The notes under the pieces were generated by a model, which had not been told where the DNA came from, made no database searches, and saw only the letters and a program-made list of their open reading frames with translations. This document shows positions 11,559 to 25,093 of a stretch of 64,000 nt of DNA, piece after piece. The DNA comes from Lama glama (Eukaryota), in contig CM052849.1 of the NCBI GenBank assembly GCA_028534125.1, positions 15,004,001 to 15,068,000 of the forward strand. The letters are read 5' to 3'. Numbering within the stretch: the first letter of the stretch is position 1; every line of letters starts with the position of its first letter. The position numbers and the translations under genes are program-made.

Positions 11559-13774
11559 GTGAGTTGAGGCGGGGAGCGGCCTGGGGATGAGGAGAAAGCG
11601 GCGCCGGTTTGGGAGAGGGGGTGAGGGGAACCTGGGGACTGGCGGGAAGGAGCGGCCGCGGGCCTCAGCTGAAGTTCCGGGGTCAGCGAGGGCCTCGTCG
11701 GGCGGAGCCGACTTCGGAACGCCCATTGAGCTCCCTGGGCCCCCGCGTTGTGCCGGGCGCTGGGATGAGTTCCCTGCGGGGGATGCGGCGAGCGGCGGCC
11801 TGGAGAGATGGAAGGCGGAGGCTCTGAGGACGACCCTGGCGAGGGTTTCCGGAAAGTTGGGAGCAGAGGTTTTCCTGAGGCACCTGTCGCCAGGCATAGA
11901 GACTGTTCCATTTCTGGGCTGAGTCCTCCCTGCTCGGTTCTTTCCCGAAGGACGTTTTCTCGCTCGCTGAGGCTCAAAGAAGCCCAGTTCCCTGGTTTTA
12001 GACCTTCGTCCCACTCCTGGGTTGAAGTTTTTCCCCCCCTTGAGTGTTTTAGTCGGATTCACTTTCTCGGCCCCGCAGTCTCTGACAGCGGGAGACTTAC
12101 TTGGTGTATGGGAGTGGCGCTTTTTAAGGACTCGCCGTGCCCCTTTCACGTTTTCAGAGCTGCCGTTGACCGAGTCTTATTACGGATGAAGCACAGGGCT
12201 ATCTCTAGGCTTGCGTGGCTGTCGCCCCTCTGCTTCAATTTCTCCATTGTTCTTAAATTAAAATTCCTTCTCACCGCCTATGAGGCCAAACATCTTTCTC
12301 CCCGACTCCGTAGCGTTTATTTTGCTCACTGTACTCCAGCTTCCATGGCTATTCTGTTAGTTAAACACACCAACCTCGTTCTCACCTCAGGGCTTTTGCA
12401 CTTGCTGCTCTGCTTGGATTCCTCGTCTCAGAGCTGCCTCCTCGTTTAGGTTTCAGCTCAGATATCCCTCCTAGAGAACTCTTCTCTGGCCATCAGAATT
12501 GTCCCTTACCATCACCATTCTGTCCCTTTACCCTGTTTATAGTATGCATCACTTTTTAAACTGAGATTTAATTGACGTGTATTAGTCTCAGATGTACAAT
12601 AATCATTTGAATTTTGTGTGTATTGTGAATGACCATAGTAAGTCTAGTTAACAGCTATCACCACACATAGTGAAATTTTTTTCGGTTTCTTGTGATGAGA
12701 ACTTTTAAGATCTATATTCTGTATCACTCAACACCTGGTGAAATCAACACTGCGTTTGTGCAGTAAGCACTCAGACGTTTATTGAATGTGCTAGGGAAGT
12801 GCAGGAAACCTCAGGAAGGCGAAATACCATGTTCAAGTTCATACATCTAGTAAGTGGAGGAGCTGCCATGTCTGGATTTTGGTCTTTCTGAACTAAAGTC
12901 TCCATTCTGACCCACCACAGTGTAATGTGTCTAAATGGCATTATAAATGAATCTTCTACTCAGGTTGGACCCATGTGTTTGGCCTGTTCTAGAAGCTGCC
13001 TGGGTCAGAAAGAAAAGGCCCCTTAAGTGCATTGCAGCTGCTTTCTATTTCATTTCCATTAGTGTGCTTTTGGACCTCACCACGTGAGACCCATCATTTC
13101 ACCACCATCCACTTTAGTGTTGACAGTGAGGAGCCCTGGTCTGTGTCAGCCTTCTGTGTTTATTCTGGAGCCTTTCACCTGGTTCTGAGTGATTGTCAAA
13201 GCATACAGTGTTTCCCAGTGGGAATCTATGCACCAGTTAGTTACTACTCTTGTTTCTCAAAGATGTTACAGGATAGTTAGAAGCAGTTTGTCTGATTAGG
13301 CTTAGCCCATGCTTCTTCGTGTTAGATTAAACTGCCAGGTTCCTAGTTTCAGGAGGTGTTTAAATTCTGACCTTTATCGTTTATATTTTTAAATTTCTTA
13401 CTTAATCGCCAATACACAACATTAAAAAAAAAACAAACAGTACTGAAGGGGTATGCAGGTAAGTGTTCCTGAGTTGTGTCCCTCACTCCACCATTTCCCT
13501 TCTCCAGGGGCAACAACTTAACAGTTTTTCATGAACTGTTTCAGAGATAACTTGAGCATTCATAAGTAGCATTCATATGCTGCAATATGTAAAAATACCT
13601 GAATGCTTTCTCTGTAGTATTTCTTTCAAATCAAGTATTTTCTTTTAAATCTTTATTTCTCACTAAATACACAGTCTCAGTTGAAAGAGATCTTAATGTC
13701 TGGACTGTTCATTCACTCTTTCTTTGGTAACTGTATCCAGTGCTTAGCCTTCCTATCCTTTTTAAAAAGATTTT

Positions 13775-13970
13775 AAAAAAATTAAAATTCACATACCATC
13801 AAATTCACCCTCTTAAAGAATACATTTCTGTGGTTTAAAGTATATTCACAGAGTTGTATGGCCATCACCACGGTCTGTTCCAAAATGTTTTCATTACCCA
13901 AGAAAGAAACCCCAAGTCTATTAGTAGTCACTCCCCAATCCCACTTTCCCCAGCCCCAGGCAACCACTGG
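13775..13970 (-). mobile_element. Old L1 3' end fragment
   Basis: aaattcacataccatcaaattcaccc...ccagccccaggcaaccact. Confidence 0.7.
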
Positions 13971-14645
13971 TCTAGGGTACCTATTGTTGAGTGTCCTTCG
14001 TTTGTTGAGAATTTAACGGTCTGCAGAATTCTTTGACTATTCCTTCATTTTAAGTGGATGTAGCTTTTCCCTGTCAAAGAAAAACATGTAAACTCTAACT
14101 GGGGAAGGGATGGGATTAGAGATTAAAAATGAGTTTCCCATTAAGAATGGTGGCCAGTTCTAGGCATTTATAAGACTTGTGAGCAATATTCAAGGTTAAA
14201 GAAAAAGTTCTGAAATATATTGGTTCCTTTACGCTGCCATTTAAACCCCTGAGACTCAAGGAGACAAAAATTCTAGTGCTAGTAAAGTTTACTTTTATTA
14301 AAAAAATTCATCAAATAAGGCTAATCCTCTTTCATTCTGTCCCACTCTGTCCCATTGGCTTATCCTGTTCTATTCATACTTAGTATTTGAGTATTCCCAT
14401 TTTCTTCAGTATTTTAAGAGTTTTTGGTTCTTTCCAAACCTCTTTTTGTTCAGCACTTAGCTAAAAGGGATTCAGAGTAGTGAGTTTCTCTTATCCAGGT
14501 TCTTTAACCCTTCTTTGATGATATTCATTAATATTAGTTAAGTTGTGTTCTTTTGTGTTACCCTAAAAAGTCGTGTTTAATATGAGTATGGATATATATC
14601 CAACCCTTAAATTCAGAGGGTTAGAGAAGGGGAGGAAAAGAGGTA

Positions 14646-14852
14646 CAGTTAACCCTTGAATTTGGGGTGGGGGCTAGGGGCAGAAATCCACTTATGGCTA
14701 ATAGTTGGCCCTCTGTATATGCATTTCCTGCATATTTGCAGGTGCACATCCACAGATTCAACTGAGGATGGTGTAGTACTGCAGTATGTTTTACTGGAAA
14801 AAATCTCCATATAGGTGGGCCCTTGTTCAAACCTGGGTTCAAGGGTCAACTG
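14646..14852. mobile_element. MER8/Tigger-like TcMar MITE with terminal inverted repeats
   Basis: TIRs CAGTTAACCCTTGAA ... TTCAAGGGTCAACTG, preceded by TA. Confidence 0.8.
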
Positions 14853-15275
14853 CATTGCATTTCTCTTTGTATATCTCTGTATTACTGAATTTGATTTAGA
14901 GGTATCATTGCTTTTATAGTAAATGAAGGAAAACATTTAAACAGAACAGTTTTAAGGCAATTTTCTGCATGTGTTGACGATATTAGCATGAAGTACAACT
15001 CATGTCTCATTTTAGGGACTAGCACTTAAGGTACATTGACTTTTTTGTGAACTGTCATTACGTAAGCTTTTGTCCTAGTCTTATGTAGACACTAAGGAGG
15101 GTGTTCTTTGTAACATTTCAGAATAACCCATGTAGNNNNNNNNNNNNNNNNNNNNNNNNNNNNNNNNNNNNNNNNNNNNNNNNNNNNNNNNNNNNNNNNN
15201 NNNNNNNNNNNNNNNNNNNNNNNNNNNNNNNNNNNNNNNNNNNNNNNNNNNNNNNNNNNNNNNNNNNNNNNNNNN

Positions 15276-15347
15276 AAGAAAGCCCTAAGTAAAACTTCAA
15301 AAGTGAGACCTTCAACTGGAAATTCTGCATCCACTCCACAAAGTCAG
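15276..15347 (+). CDS. ANAPC7: ANAPC7 exon 2, visible 3' part (5' part in N gap 15136-15275)
   Basis: KKALSKTSKVRPSTGNSASTPQSQ followed by donor CAG|GTAATT. Confidence 0.93.
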
Positions 15348-15667
15348 GTAATTAGAAATAGATGTGTGATGTGTTTTTGTTTTGTTTGTTTGTTTTGAGA
15401 GCAAGAGAGGTTCATGGAACTTAAAAGACCACTGATTAGATGTAGAAGACGTAGACTAAAAGTAATTTTATAGGGGAGCTGACTGGAGAACCAGAGATGA
15501 AAAACCACTTAGATGCAAGAATGCATTCAACCAAGCATTAAGGACTAAAAGCAAAATTCACTTTGTAAATGAATCTAAAAATAGAATTAAATGTGAATTA
15601 TCTGGACTCTAACCAGAGTAATGCATTGTTCCTCCCTTTTATACAAACAACTCAAAATCTAAAGTGC

Positions 15668-15755
15668 TTTTTTTTTAATGAAGGTACTTGGGATTGAACC
15701 CAGGATCTCATGAATGGAAAGCTTGCACTCTACCGCTGAGCTATACCCACTCCCC
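15668..15755 (-). mobile_element. tRNA-derived SINE (Vic-1-like)
   Basis: Reverse complement of the head: gggattgaacccagg...ctgagctatacccactcccc. Confidence 0.8.
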
Positions 15756-16717
15756 TAGAATGTTTTTATAATTTTAATGAAAGTACACTTTTAAAACGTA
15801 ACTCAGTTCTTGGGACTGTGATTACCTGGGGAAATTTATATAAAATAATCTTACGAATATCCTGCCAGATAATTAGTTAAGTAAATGAAGCGGGGAGAAC
15901 TCTGATTTCTGCATCATCCCATTGCTAGACATTAACCCTTAATAGTAGGTTCACAAAAGGTTTACTGGGTAGATAAATAACTAAGGGTGCTTAGTGAAGC
16001 ATTGTTTATAACGGTAAGAAACTGGAAGCAAAAGTTTTCATCAGTAGGGTCTAGTTAAATTATACTATAGCCTTAAGAGGGAATGAGTTGTAAATGTTGA
16101 AGAAAGAAAATACAAGATAGAGGTGTGTGCTCATTTGGAAAGAACTGTTATGTATTAGTAAAGAAAATAAGGTTTGAAGCAGTGCATTCAATATTTTTGT
16201 TTAAAGGGGGTAGTTTGTAGATACGTATGTATGTCTAAAATATGTGTGGATAATATATGTGAAAGATTGTGTGTGTGTGTGTGAAGGAAATTTAATGGAA
16301 AGCTTCAGGGAGAGGGGAACTTTTACTTTTCAGTTTGAATCTGTCTTTAGATTTAAATTATACATATGCAACTTATATTTAAAAGGAATGTCAGTAGAAT
16401 TAACTGGGAGTGAAATTGTAAGTCATGTTATGTATTTTTCCACATTAAAAAAAGATGTAAATTAATGTAGTTGCTTTTTTGAAAACCTGCAGCTTTTCAT
16501 CTTGTGTTATTTCTCTTTATGTAAAACCTTTATTTTTTATTATTAAAGAGCCGATTGCCAGGATTTTCCTCTGTTTTCCAACACTAAATGGAAGTCATGT
16601 GTATTATGATCCACATAGGCTCATTCTTAGAAGCAGTTAACTTTTTTTGAGCATTCAGTATGCCATGCACCATACTAAATCTTTCATGTGAATTAAACAC
16701 ATTTAATCTTTAAAGAA

Positions 16718-17232
16718 TTTTTTAAAAATTGAGATACAATTCACAACATAAAGTTCACAGTTCAGCGAGTTTTAGGAAAGTCAAGAAAATTTTGCAACCA
16801 TCACCACTGTCTAATTCCAGAATAGTTTCATCACCCTTGAAAAACCTTGTGCCCATTACATTCTCAGCCCCTGAGAATCACTAATCTTTCTGCCTCTGGA
16901 TTTGTCTGTTCTGGGTGGAATTGTACAATATGTGGCCCTTTGTGGCTGGCTTCTTTTACTTAGCATAATGTTTTCAAGGTTGATCCATGTTACAGCATGA
17001 ATCAGTTCTTTTTTCCTTTTTATTGTGGAATAATGTTCCATTGTATGGAAGTGCCATCTTTTATCTGTTAATTAGTTAATGTGCATTTGGATTATTTCCA
17101 AAAGACTTTTTGTTTGTTGATGCTGCTGTGAACATTTGTGTGCAGAATTTTGTGTGGATATATATTTTCAATTCTCTTGGCTGTATACATAGAAGCAGAA
17201 TTGTTGGATCATATGGTAACTATGTTTAACAT
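16718..17232 (-). mobile_element. Old L1 (L1MB-type) 3' fragment
   Basis: ttgcaaccatcaccactgtctaattccagaat...ttttcaattctcttgg...ggatcatatggtaactatgtttaac. Confidence 0.75.
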
Positions 17233-17260
17233 ACTACTGAAGTAATATTTTGAAGAGATG

Positions 17261-17416
17261 NNNNNNNNNNNNNNNNNNNNNNNNNNNNNNNNNNNNNNNN
17301 NNNNNNNNNNNNNNNNNNNNNNNNNNNNNNNNNNNNNNNNNNNNNNNNNNNNNNNNNNNNNNNNNNNNNNNNNNNNNNNNNNNNNNNNNNNNNNNNNNNN
17401 NNNNNNNNNNNNNNNN
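17261..17416 (+). CDS. ANAPC7: ANAPC7 exon 3, inferred to lie in this N gap (not visible)
   Basis: The expected ~120-nt exon (CLPSEIEVKYK...RTPK) is not seen between exons 2 and 4. This 156-N gap is the only hidden space. Inference only. Confidence 0.5.
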
Positions 17417-20400
17417 TGTTACTTATTTTTCTTTTCCCCAGTCCTTCCAGCCCTCTTCCTCCGTGTTTTCTCCATGCATTAGGGAGTCCATCTGAACGTT
17501 TCACCCTTGTCTCCAATTCTCACTTTTCCCCCTGTTCTTCCTGTTCAGAGATAGAAGAGTAACTTTCTTATGAGAACGTGAAAATTCGACTGATGAAAAT
17601 GGTAGCTGAAGAATATAAATGTTTATTCTTTGGTGTTTCTTGTTGTAGGAAATATTATTTGCAGTACACTTCCAGGTGGCAACAATACTTTTTAAGAACC
17701 TCATTTTTTTGCATTCTCTAGGTATACCCATTTGATAGTGTGTATTAATCTGTTCATTTTCAGAATCAAGACTGCAACATCTGTTTGTACTTATTTGTGT
17801 GTAGAATTGTATTTGTATTGGTTTAGCAACATATTATAGCGTATAGAACGCCTTCAACTGAAATGAAAAGATCTGGTGTTTTGTCTGAGTTTAGGGCATA
17901 CAACCTGTGTGCAGTGTGAAGTTGGGCAAGTTACCAATCTGGCTTTACCGTGTTTTTTCTTACTTATAAAATGAGGATACTACTACTTTCTCTGTTATAA
18001 ATTAAGTTCATGAATGTGAGAATACTTTTTAAAGTATTCTGTGAGGAGTACTATATTGTGCATCTTTGATTACAGTCTTTTTTGAAGTTCAGTTTAGAAA
18101 AACAAAAATCTTTGCTCTTAGGATTGAATTCACATCAGTATTTAGTATTCTAACACATACTCTTATGTCACCTGCCTTCCTCATTTCATTGAAAAGCTGT
18201 TCTATGCAACTTGTACTTAACAATAAGGAATTTTATATATATGATATCTGTGTACATTTTCTTTCCCTTAAAGGAAAAGAAATCTAAGCAGTAGGGACTT
18301 GGTGTGTTTATTAGTTAGTGTCTTTTTCACCCAGTGTTGCTGAATTTTAAAAGTAACCAATCAGACTTGATGAGAACGTGTTTAAGCATCTGCTCATGTT
18401 GAGGATTTACATTTACATTTTTAAAATTAAGCTATTTCCTCAGTATGTTTTATGGTGGTAGCTGTTATTAAAAACATCTGTAAGTACGTTACAGACTAAT
18501 TTGTTTCATAATAAACTGGATGCTATATACTAACTTACGTTCTGGTATGCTATGAAAGTCTTGTCCCATGAATAACGTTTTGTGCATATGAAAAGTGTCT
18601 TCTTTTAGAAAATGTCATTTGCTTATAAACTTTGAATGGTACCTATTCCTTACCTGATTGGAAATGTACTGTGTTTTCCTCCTTGATGACTTGAGGGAGT
18701 TTGGGGACATTTTTTGAAAATGAGTAATGACAAAGAAGCTTTGTGGTATCCAACATTTTGGCGTTTACAGCCATCATTTTAGGAGGGGCTAGAGAAGTCC
18801 ACATTTGTTAGGAGTACATATCCTTCATTCTGTAGAGCTATTGTAGCCAGGAGCAAACAAAGATGTGTGCTCAAACATAAACATATAATATTTACAGTTT
18901 TTCTTTCTTGTCCGTTAGGGAGTTAACTGGCTTCTCAGTCTGTGTAAAGGACAAGGAAGTGAGTCAAAATACGTCTAAATGAACGTCTGTTAATGTATGG
19001 TAAACACCACCACACATTCCTTCACATTTTAAAGGAAAATTCCAGTGTAAGATTATTATATCTTGGAAAATCTCCAACTTTTAACAGTAAACATACCAAC
19101 AAACAATTTCTCACTCAGTTTTTTAAAAAATGACTGCTTGTGTTTGTAACTGGCGGAACACAGCTTTATGATGTTCCCAAGTAAGGATCTATTAAAAAAT
19201 TGACTTTCTTACTAGGTAGTACTCAAAACTCACTCTTTCAAAGTGTTAGGTAGTTTAAAGGGAATTTTAATATTTGTTGAGACAGGTGGTCAGTCAGTCA
19301 CGGTTTGTTAATAACAAGCAGTCAAGAGAGAATCTTAAATTTGCCTTTTATTCTTTTTAAGTATTGATACCAGTACTGGAGTTTTCCTTTAAGTATCTTT
19401 TTTTTGCATTTCAACATAGCCTAAAATGGAAAAAAATCTGAGGCCAAATAAAAAGTAGTTTTTATTTCTACTATTTCATTATTTCGTTGTTTGAATCAGT
19501 ATGGATTAATGCCATACTAGATTGTTTTATATACTGTAAGTTCGTAGTTGGAACAGATGTTCTTCATCTTCAGAGTCACTCTTTTGAGTAAATATCTGGC
19601 ATACCAAGCTACAGATAATTGAAGAGATTGGGGATTGACTTTTTTCTTTTGTGCCCTCACGTTGACTGCTTCCTTAGGTTAATGATCTGGCAAACATTAT
19701 GTTGCATTTAAGATTTACTAATTTTAAATAGGAATATTGTGTTTTTCTCTTTGTACCATTGAGATAATTAATCCCTTCCCTGTAATTTCTACAATCTTTG
19801 GAACTTTTAAGTTTTCTCAAATTTTCCCTATTGTGTTTTTAGGAAGGGTTATTTTAATAGTTTCACTGAGTACATATTTGAATTGTGCTAAAAGCGCATT
19901 TCCTGGATTTAAATAGTGTAACTAGTCTCTGGATCATTGTTGCCTCTAGAGATTAGTTAGTTTGACTTTCGTAGCATGACTTTGATGAGTCAGACAGTAC
20001 CTATGGGTCAAAATTTTAAGCACTAGAAAGGCTAGAGTCAAGCTGCTAAACTACATGTCAGAGAGAAGCCAAGTATTTTACTTCTGTATCTGTCATTTCC
20101 TTTTTTGGGAAAAATTCGTCTGATATTTTTTAAGAAGCTATGTTAAGAATTCCTTACTTTCTTATGCCTTGATATTAATTACATTTAAAATATGTGAACT
20201 TAAAATATAAAAAACAAGTAAATAATAAAGTAATGTAAATAAGCACTTCTAGGGTAGTTCATCTTCTGTCTTAAGATCAATAAAGGATCAAGGGAATTAG
20301 AATTCTGTAACATTTCTCAAATGAGTGTTACTTCGTTTCCAGAGGCAGCATCTTTGGTCCAGATATTATTGGACCTTTTGGTTGGGTAAGTGAGAGGAAT

Positions 20401-20620
20401 TCGACTTTCCTCTTAGAAATGGGAGGACATAGGAGAAGCAAAGGTAGTAACTTCGTCTTTGGTTTGAAGAATGGGGTTGGACTTTGTTTATTTCCACAGG
20501 GCTGTGGGTAGATTTTCCGGTAAAAAGTAGAGTAGTTGAAAATAAAAATCAGGACTTATTGATGGTGAGTTTTTTTTTTTTTTCAACGTACACTTACCAT
20601 ACTGTCTGTTTTTATTACAG

Positions 20621-20732
20621 ATAAACATGATGCTGGCAAATCTGTATAAGAAGGCTGGTCAGGAGCGCCCTTCAGTCACCAGCTATAAGGAAGTACTGAG
20701 GCAGTGCCCATTAGCCCTTGATGCCATTCTAG
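20621..20732 (+). CDS. ANAPC7: ANAPC7 exon 4
   Basis: tttattacag|INMMLANLYKKAGQERPSVTSYKEVLRQCPLALDAIL|gtatag; 112 nt. Confidence 0.96.
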
Positions 20733-21052
20733 GTATAGGTCGCTCTCTGCCTGTTTTTGTAGAGTGTTGACTGACTCTAAGATAATAGCTCTCAATCTTG
20801 GCTGTATATTAGGATAACTTTACTTTTTAAAAGTTGCCCATGCCTCTCACCTCCAGAGAGTGAGTCAGTAGATTACTGTTGTCATGAATTCTTTCACTGA
20901 TCAAGAAATACTGTAGTTCTGTCATATGCATCTTGCTTAGACTAGGGAAAGAGTTGCCTTATAGCCTAGGGAAAGGGTGACCTGTTGCTTCCTGCATCAT
21001 AGAAAAAGGATGCTATGCCTCACCTTCTTTCTTCTGCTTTCCGTTGGATTAG

Positions 21053-21206
21053 GTTTGCTGTCCCTTTCTGTAAAAGGTGCAGAAGTGGCGTCAATGACGA
21101 TGAATGTGATCCAGACTGTGCCTAACTTGGATTGGCTCTCTGTGTGGATCAAAGCGTATGCTTTTGTGCACACTGGTGACAACTCAAGAGCCATCAATAC
21201 CATCTG
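21053..21206 (+). CDS. ANAPC7: ANAPC7 exon 5
   Basis: GLLSLSVKGAEVASMTMNVIQTVPNLDWLSVWIKAYAFVHTGDNSRAINTI; AG/GT boundaries; 154 nt. Confidence 0.96.
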
Positions 21207-21953
21207 GTGAGAGCCACAAAGTTAATTCAGTATTCTTGGGGCCCTTTCTTTGCTTGAAGGTCTGATGTATCTAAATTAACAAAACAAAAATGAGGTGCTT
21301 ATCTCGTGGTGTTACAGCCACATGTCCTTGGGCTTTGTTAGTCTCTTAATATACTGAGGCCCCAAGTGTAATCATCTCTTTTGAGGACCTGCTAAACATA
21401 AATTTGAACTGAGTTCAGCTCTGAACTTGCAAAAGCAGTAACCCTTGCAAAACAGATTGCATGGTGTGTCATTCTTGAACCTAGAAGAAACATCTGTTCG
21501 GATGCCCCAGAAGCATAGTTTATTGCAGCATCTGAGCTGAGCTGCCTCAGGACTGGGATTTCTTTCTAGTCAGGTGAAGTCCAGGGACGAAAGAGTACAG
21601 TTCGTGTTGTGTAAAGTCATTTGGTTGACATCACATTTAGTGCCATGTAGTGTGTGTTGTCCTCTGAAAACCTGTAACCGGAAAGTTCTTTCTAGGTGAT
21701 GAGAGAGATACTTGCTTTATTCTGATACAGAAAAAATCCTATTTATAACTTTATTGTATCATACCTTGTATAACTTGTTTTAAGTTATAATCTCAGAAAA
21801 AGAAAATCTAGTAAAGTGGTTTGTTTAAAAGTTTTTTGTGTGTGTGTGAAGAACTTCATACATAACACAAAACACCCAAATGCTTATCACCCAGATTCAA
21901 CAACTGAGAGGATTTACAATAGATTTTAAGGTTCAATGTTTAATATCTTAAAG

Positions 21954-22096
21954 TTCACTAGAGAAAAAGTCCTTATTGAGAGATAACGTGGACCTGCTGG
22001 GAAGCTTAGCAGATCTGTACTTCAGAGCTGGAGACAATAAAAACTCTGTCCTCAAGTTTGAACAGGCACAGATGTTGGATCCTTATCTGATAAAGG
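21954..22096 (+). CDS. ANAPC7: ANAPC7 exon 6
   Basis: SLEKKSLLRDNVDLLGSLADLYFRAGDNKNSVLKFEQAQMLDPYLIK|gtaagt; 143 nt. Confidence 0.95.
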
Positions 22097-23083
22097 GTAA
22101 GTAATTCTTGGGGCAGGGTGGAAGTGGCTGCAGAGGGGCAAGTCAGAAGATAGAAAATGAGGCATGATCTTCTGATAGCATTTTTCATAGAAATATTCTA
22201 TAAAATTTATTGCAGCAGCATTTTACCTTTTTTTTTTTTTTTTAGCTCCTGACACATGTGTCTAACACTTGGGTAATTCCATTTTGAGCAGTTGTTTTTG
22301 CTTGCATTCACGTGTCATCTCCCCACAGATCATTATTTGGCTTTTTTTCTTTGGGAGGGATCATAGCCCCTCCTTATGATTTATAAATTTATGATGTGCC
22401 TGACCGAGAATTTGGATGGCATCCCCAGAACCATAATATCCTTTTAGGGAATTTAGCTTTACTGTGACCTTAAGTATAGTTAAAAAGGAGTAAGTGACCA
22501 GATATTAAGAAAGGGATAAGGTGACTAGAGAAAGTAATTAGAAGTGAACAACAAAAAATCCTTTATCTAAAAGACGATTGCTGCTGAAGGGGCGTAAACC
22601 ACAAGGACTCCCAGAGGATGGCTGTCGTTGACTGGCAGTGAGTGAAGGATATGTGCTCAGGAATAGTGGTGGGAAATAAGGTCGGGTAGACAGGCAAGTC
22701 TGCTTGTATAAGGCCCAAAAAAGGCCATGAGAAAAATATGGCCTTGTGACAATAAACAGTTTTGTAGACTCTTAAGCCACAAGAATGAGAGAGCAGGGAG
22801 GGGAACTTCACAAGCATGTGGATGAGGAAGCAGATCCAGAAAGATGCATTTGTTTGCCCAGGGTCTCCNNNNNNNNNNNNNNNNNNNNNNNNNNNNNNNN
22901 NNNNNNNNNNNNNNNNNNNNNNNNNNNNNNNNNNNNNNNNNNNNNNNNNNNNNNNNNNNNNNNNNNNNNNNNNNNNNNNNNNNNNNNNNNNNNNNNNNNN
23001 NNNNNNNNNNNNNNNNNNNNNNNNNNNNNNNNNNNNNNNNNNNNNNNNNNNNNNNNNNNNNNNNNNNNNNNNNNNNNNNNNNN

Positions 23084-23190
23084 GAGTTAATTAGGTCTAT
23101 TTATTCACTTTTGTAGGAGATACTGAGGATTGAACCCAGGACCTTGTGCATGCTAAGCAAGCGCTCTACCACTTGAGCTATGCCCCTCCC
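23084..23190 (-). mobile_element. tRNA-derived SINE (Vic-1-like); tail runs into the N gap
   Basis: ggattgaacccaggaccttgtgcatgctaagcaagcgctctaccacttgagctatgcccctccc. Confidence 0.85.
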
Positions 23191-23934
23191 ACCCCCGCAG
23201 TGCTTATTTCTCTTCCCCAAACTCCCATACTCTTGATGAAAATGGTGTTTTAGAAGCACTAGTCTGGCAGTAGTCAGCAACTTGAATTTGCTCAGATCTG
23301 ATTCCAGGGGCCAGCAGGGAGTGTTGTAGTAATTTGGGTTTGAGAGACATTTTCCTGCAAATCTGAAGGACTAGCAAGGAATGGAGGGAAATGGTGTTAT
23401 GAGGTGGGTGACAGTGAACATGGAGCCGTTTTTATAGATCATGAGTGAGACTAAAGCAGGAAGTGGGGTGGAGGGCAGGGGGATGATCTTAAATGAACTA
23501 GATTCCGGAAGAAACTGGATAGTTTTTGTGGAATAGGCTAATTTTTTCTGAGACTAACTGGCATATTAAGTGTGTACTCCTGACTGTGCCTAGACCTCTT
23601 GGAAGAGAGAATTTACTTGGTGCCTTTTTTTGGGCCTTTTCTGGTTATGAGTTAGGATGGCTGTCTTAACCACACCGCAGGATGTAGGGCCAGATAGTTC
23701 CTGAAAATAACAAGCTTTCAAGTTGGGAGGTAGGTCCTCTCTCTCCTTTGCTTTTTCCCCCCTTTGGATGCGTTTTCTCTTTTAATAGTCATTCTGTAGG
23801 AAACAGAATGCTGGTGGGAGGAGCTCATGATAGCAGAAAGCAGACCCTGCAGGAGCTGGGGCCTCAGTGTGTGGGCTCCAGTGCTGCTTCTTTATAAAGG
23901 ACCCTTGCTGCTTTGTTTGCCTCTTCCTTTGTAG

Positions 23935-24052
23935 GAATGGATGTATATGGCTACCTCCTGGCACGAGAAGGGCGGCTGGAGGATGTGGAGAACCTTGGCT
24001 GCCGCCTTTTTAATATTTCCGATCAACATGCAGAACCCTGGGTGGTTTCTGG
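23935..24052 (+). CDS. ANAPC7: ANAPC7 exon 7
   Basis: GMDVYGYLLAREGRLEDVENLGCRLFNISDQHAEPWVVS; AG/GT; 118 nt. Confidence 0.96.
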
Positions 24053-24139
24053 GTATGTTTATGCATTCATTTCTCTTCCCAGTTTTCAGTAGATTTCTTT
24101 AGGAAATTGTGGTTCCTCCTAAGTAGAATATAGGTTGAA

Positions 24140-24310
24140 ATCACTGGTTTAAGGGTAATCAGACTTGGATTCAAGTCATGGGTCTCTTTGCAACTTTGGA
24201 AGCATTATTAACCTCTCTGTTTTCTCACTTGGAAAATGAAAATTAAAAACCCTGCCTTGTGGGGTAGGTATTAACTGAGACTGTGAATGCATCATGCGCA
24301 GCACTGGACC
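24140..24310 (+). mobile_element. MIR SINE remnant
   Basis: ttaacctctctgttttctcacttggaaaatg core-like sequence. Confidence 0.5.
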
Positions 24311-24643
24311 TGCTTGTGGGAGGCAGTCAGTCCTGAGCAGGCGAGGAGCTGTGCTGCTGTGTTACTGCCCTGGCTTTACAAATTCTCTGAACGTCTCTCA
24401 TCTGATAACATATTCAGATCTTTTTTTATAATTTTTCCCTTTCCGTATCAAGAGTTCCCCTTTAAAAATATTCAGTAGATTTTTTGTTCTGTTTTTTCAC
24501 TAATATCTTAGGCTAAAGTTATAAGTGGTTTGTATTAAGGATCATGTAGAATGCCTTCTCTTTGGTTTTCCTTCTCTTTTACCTTTGGTTGAAGTTTCTT
24601 TACAGTCTTCTCTCAGATAACATTTGGTTGTTTTCTCCTCCAG

Positions 24644-24840
24644 GTGTCATAGCTTCTATAGTAAACGCTACTCCCGAGCCCTCTATTTAGGAGCCAAGGC
24701 CATTCAGCTGAACAGTAATAGTGTTCAAGCTTTGCTACTTAAGGGAGCAGCACTTAGAAACATGGGCAGAGTCCAGGAAGCAATAATCCACTTTCGGGAG
24801 GCTATACGTCTTGCACCTTGTCGCTTAGATTGTTATGAAG
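24644..24840 (+). CDS. ANAPC7: ANAPC7 exon 8 (TPR repeats)
   Basis: CHSFYSKRYSRALYLGAKAIQLNSNSVQALLLKGAALRNMGRVQEAIIHFREAIRLAPCRLDCYE|gtaaga; 197 nt. Confidence 0.96.
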
Positions 24841-24918
24841 GTAAGATGGAAAAATAGATGAATAGTGTGAATCTGTAAGTGTGGTGACAGCACTCAGATG
24901 GAAGGTTTTCTTGGGCTA

Positions 24919-25093
24919 GCAGTTCCCAAACTTTGTTGACATTGGAGTCCTCTGGGAGAACTTCTGAAAATCCTGATGCCAGGTCAATCCAGTATCATTT
25001 AAGCCAGAATATTGGGGGTTGGGATATGGGTGTCAGTATTTTTTTTTAAGATCACAGGTAATACCAGTGTGCAGAAATGTTTGGGAACCACAG
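24919..25093. mobile_element. MER5A-like hAT DNA transposon remnant
   Basis: cagttcccaaacttt ... atgtttgggaaccacag inverted ends. Confidence 0.6.

Larger units (their letters stand above)
11250..12200. promoter_or_regulatory. CpG island / ANAPC7 promoter and first exon
   Basis: Sharp rise in GC and CpG content against an AT-rich, CpG-depleted background. Boundaries approximate. Confidence 0.9.

Noticed and set aside
11313-12449. Long ORFs of 278 aa (-) and 213 aa (+) near the ANAPC7 promoter
   Set aside because: They lie in a GC-rich CpG island where stops are rare, have low-complexity R/P/G/A composition and show no recognisable domain.
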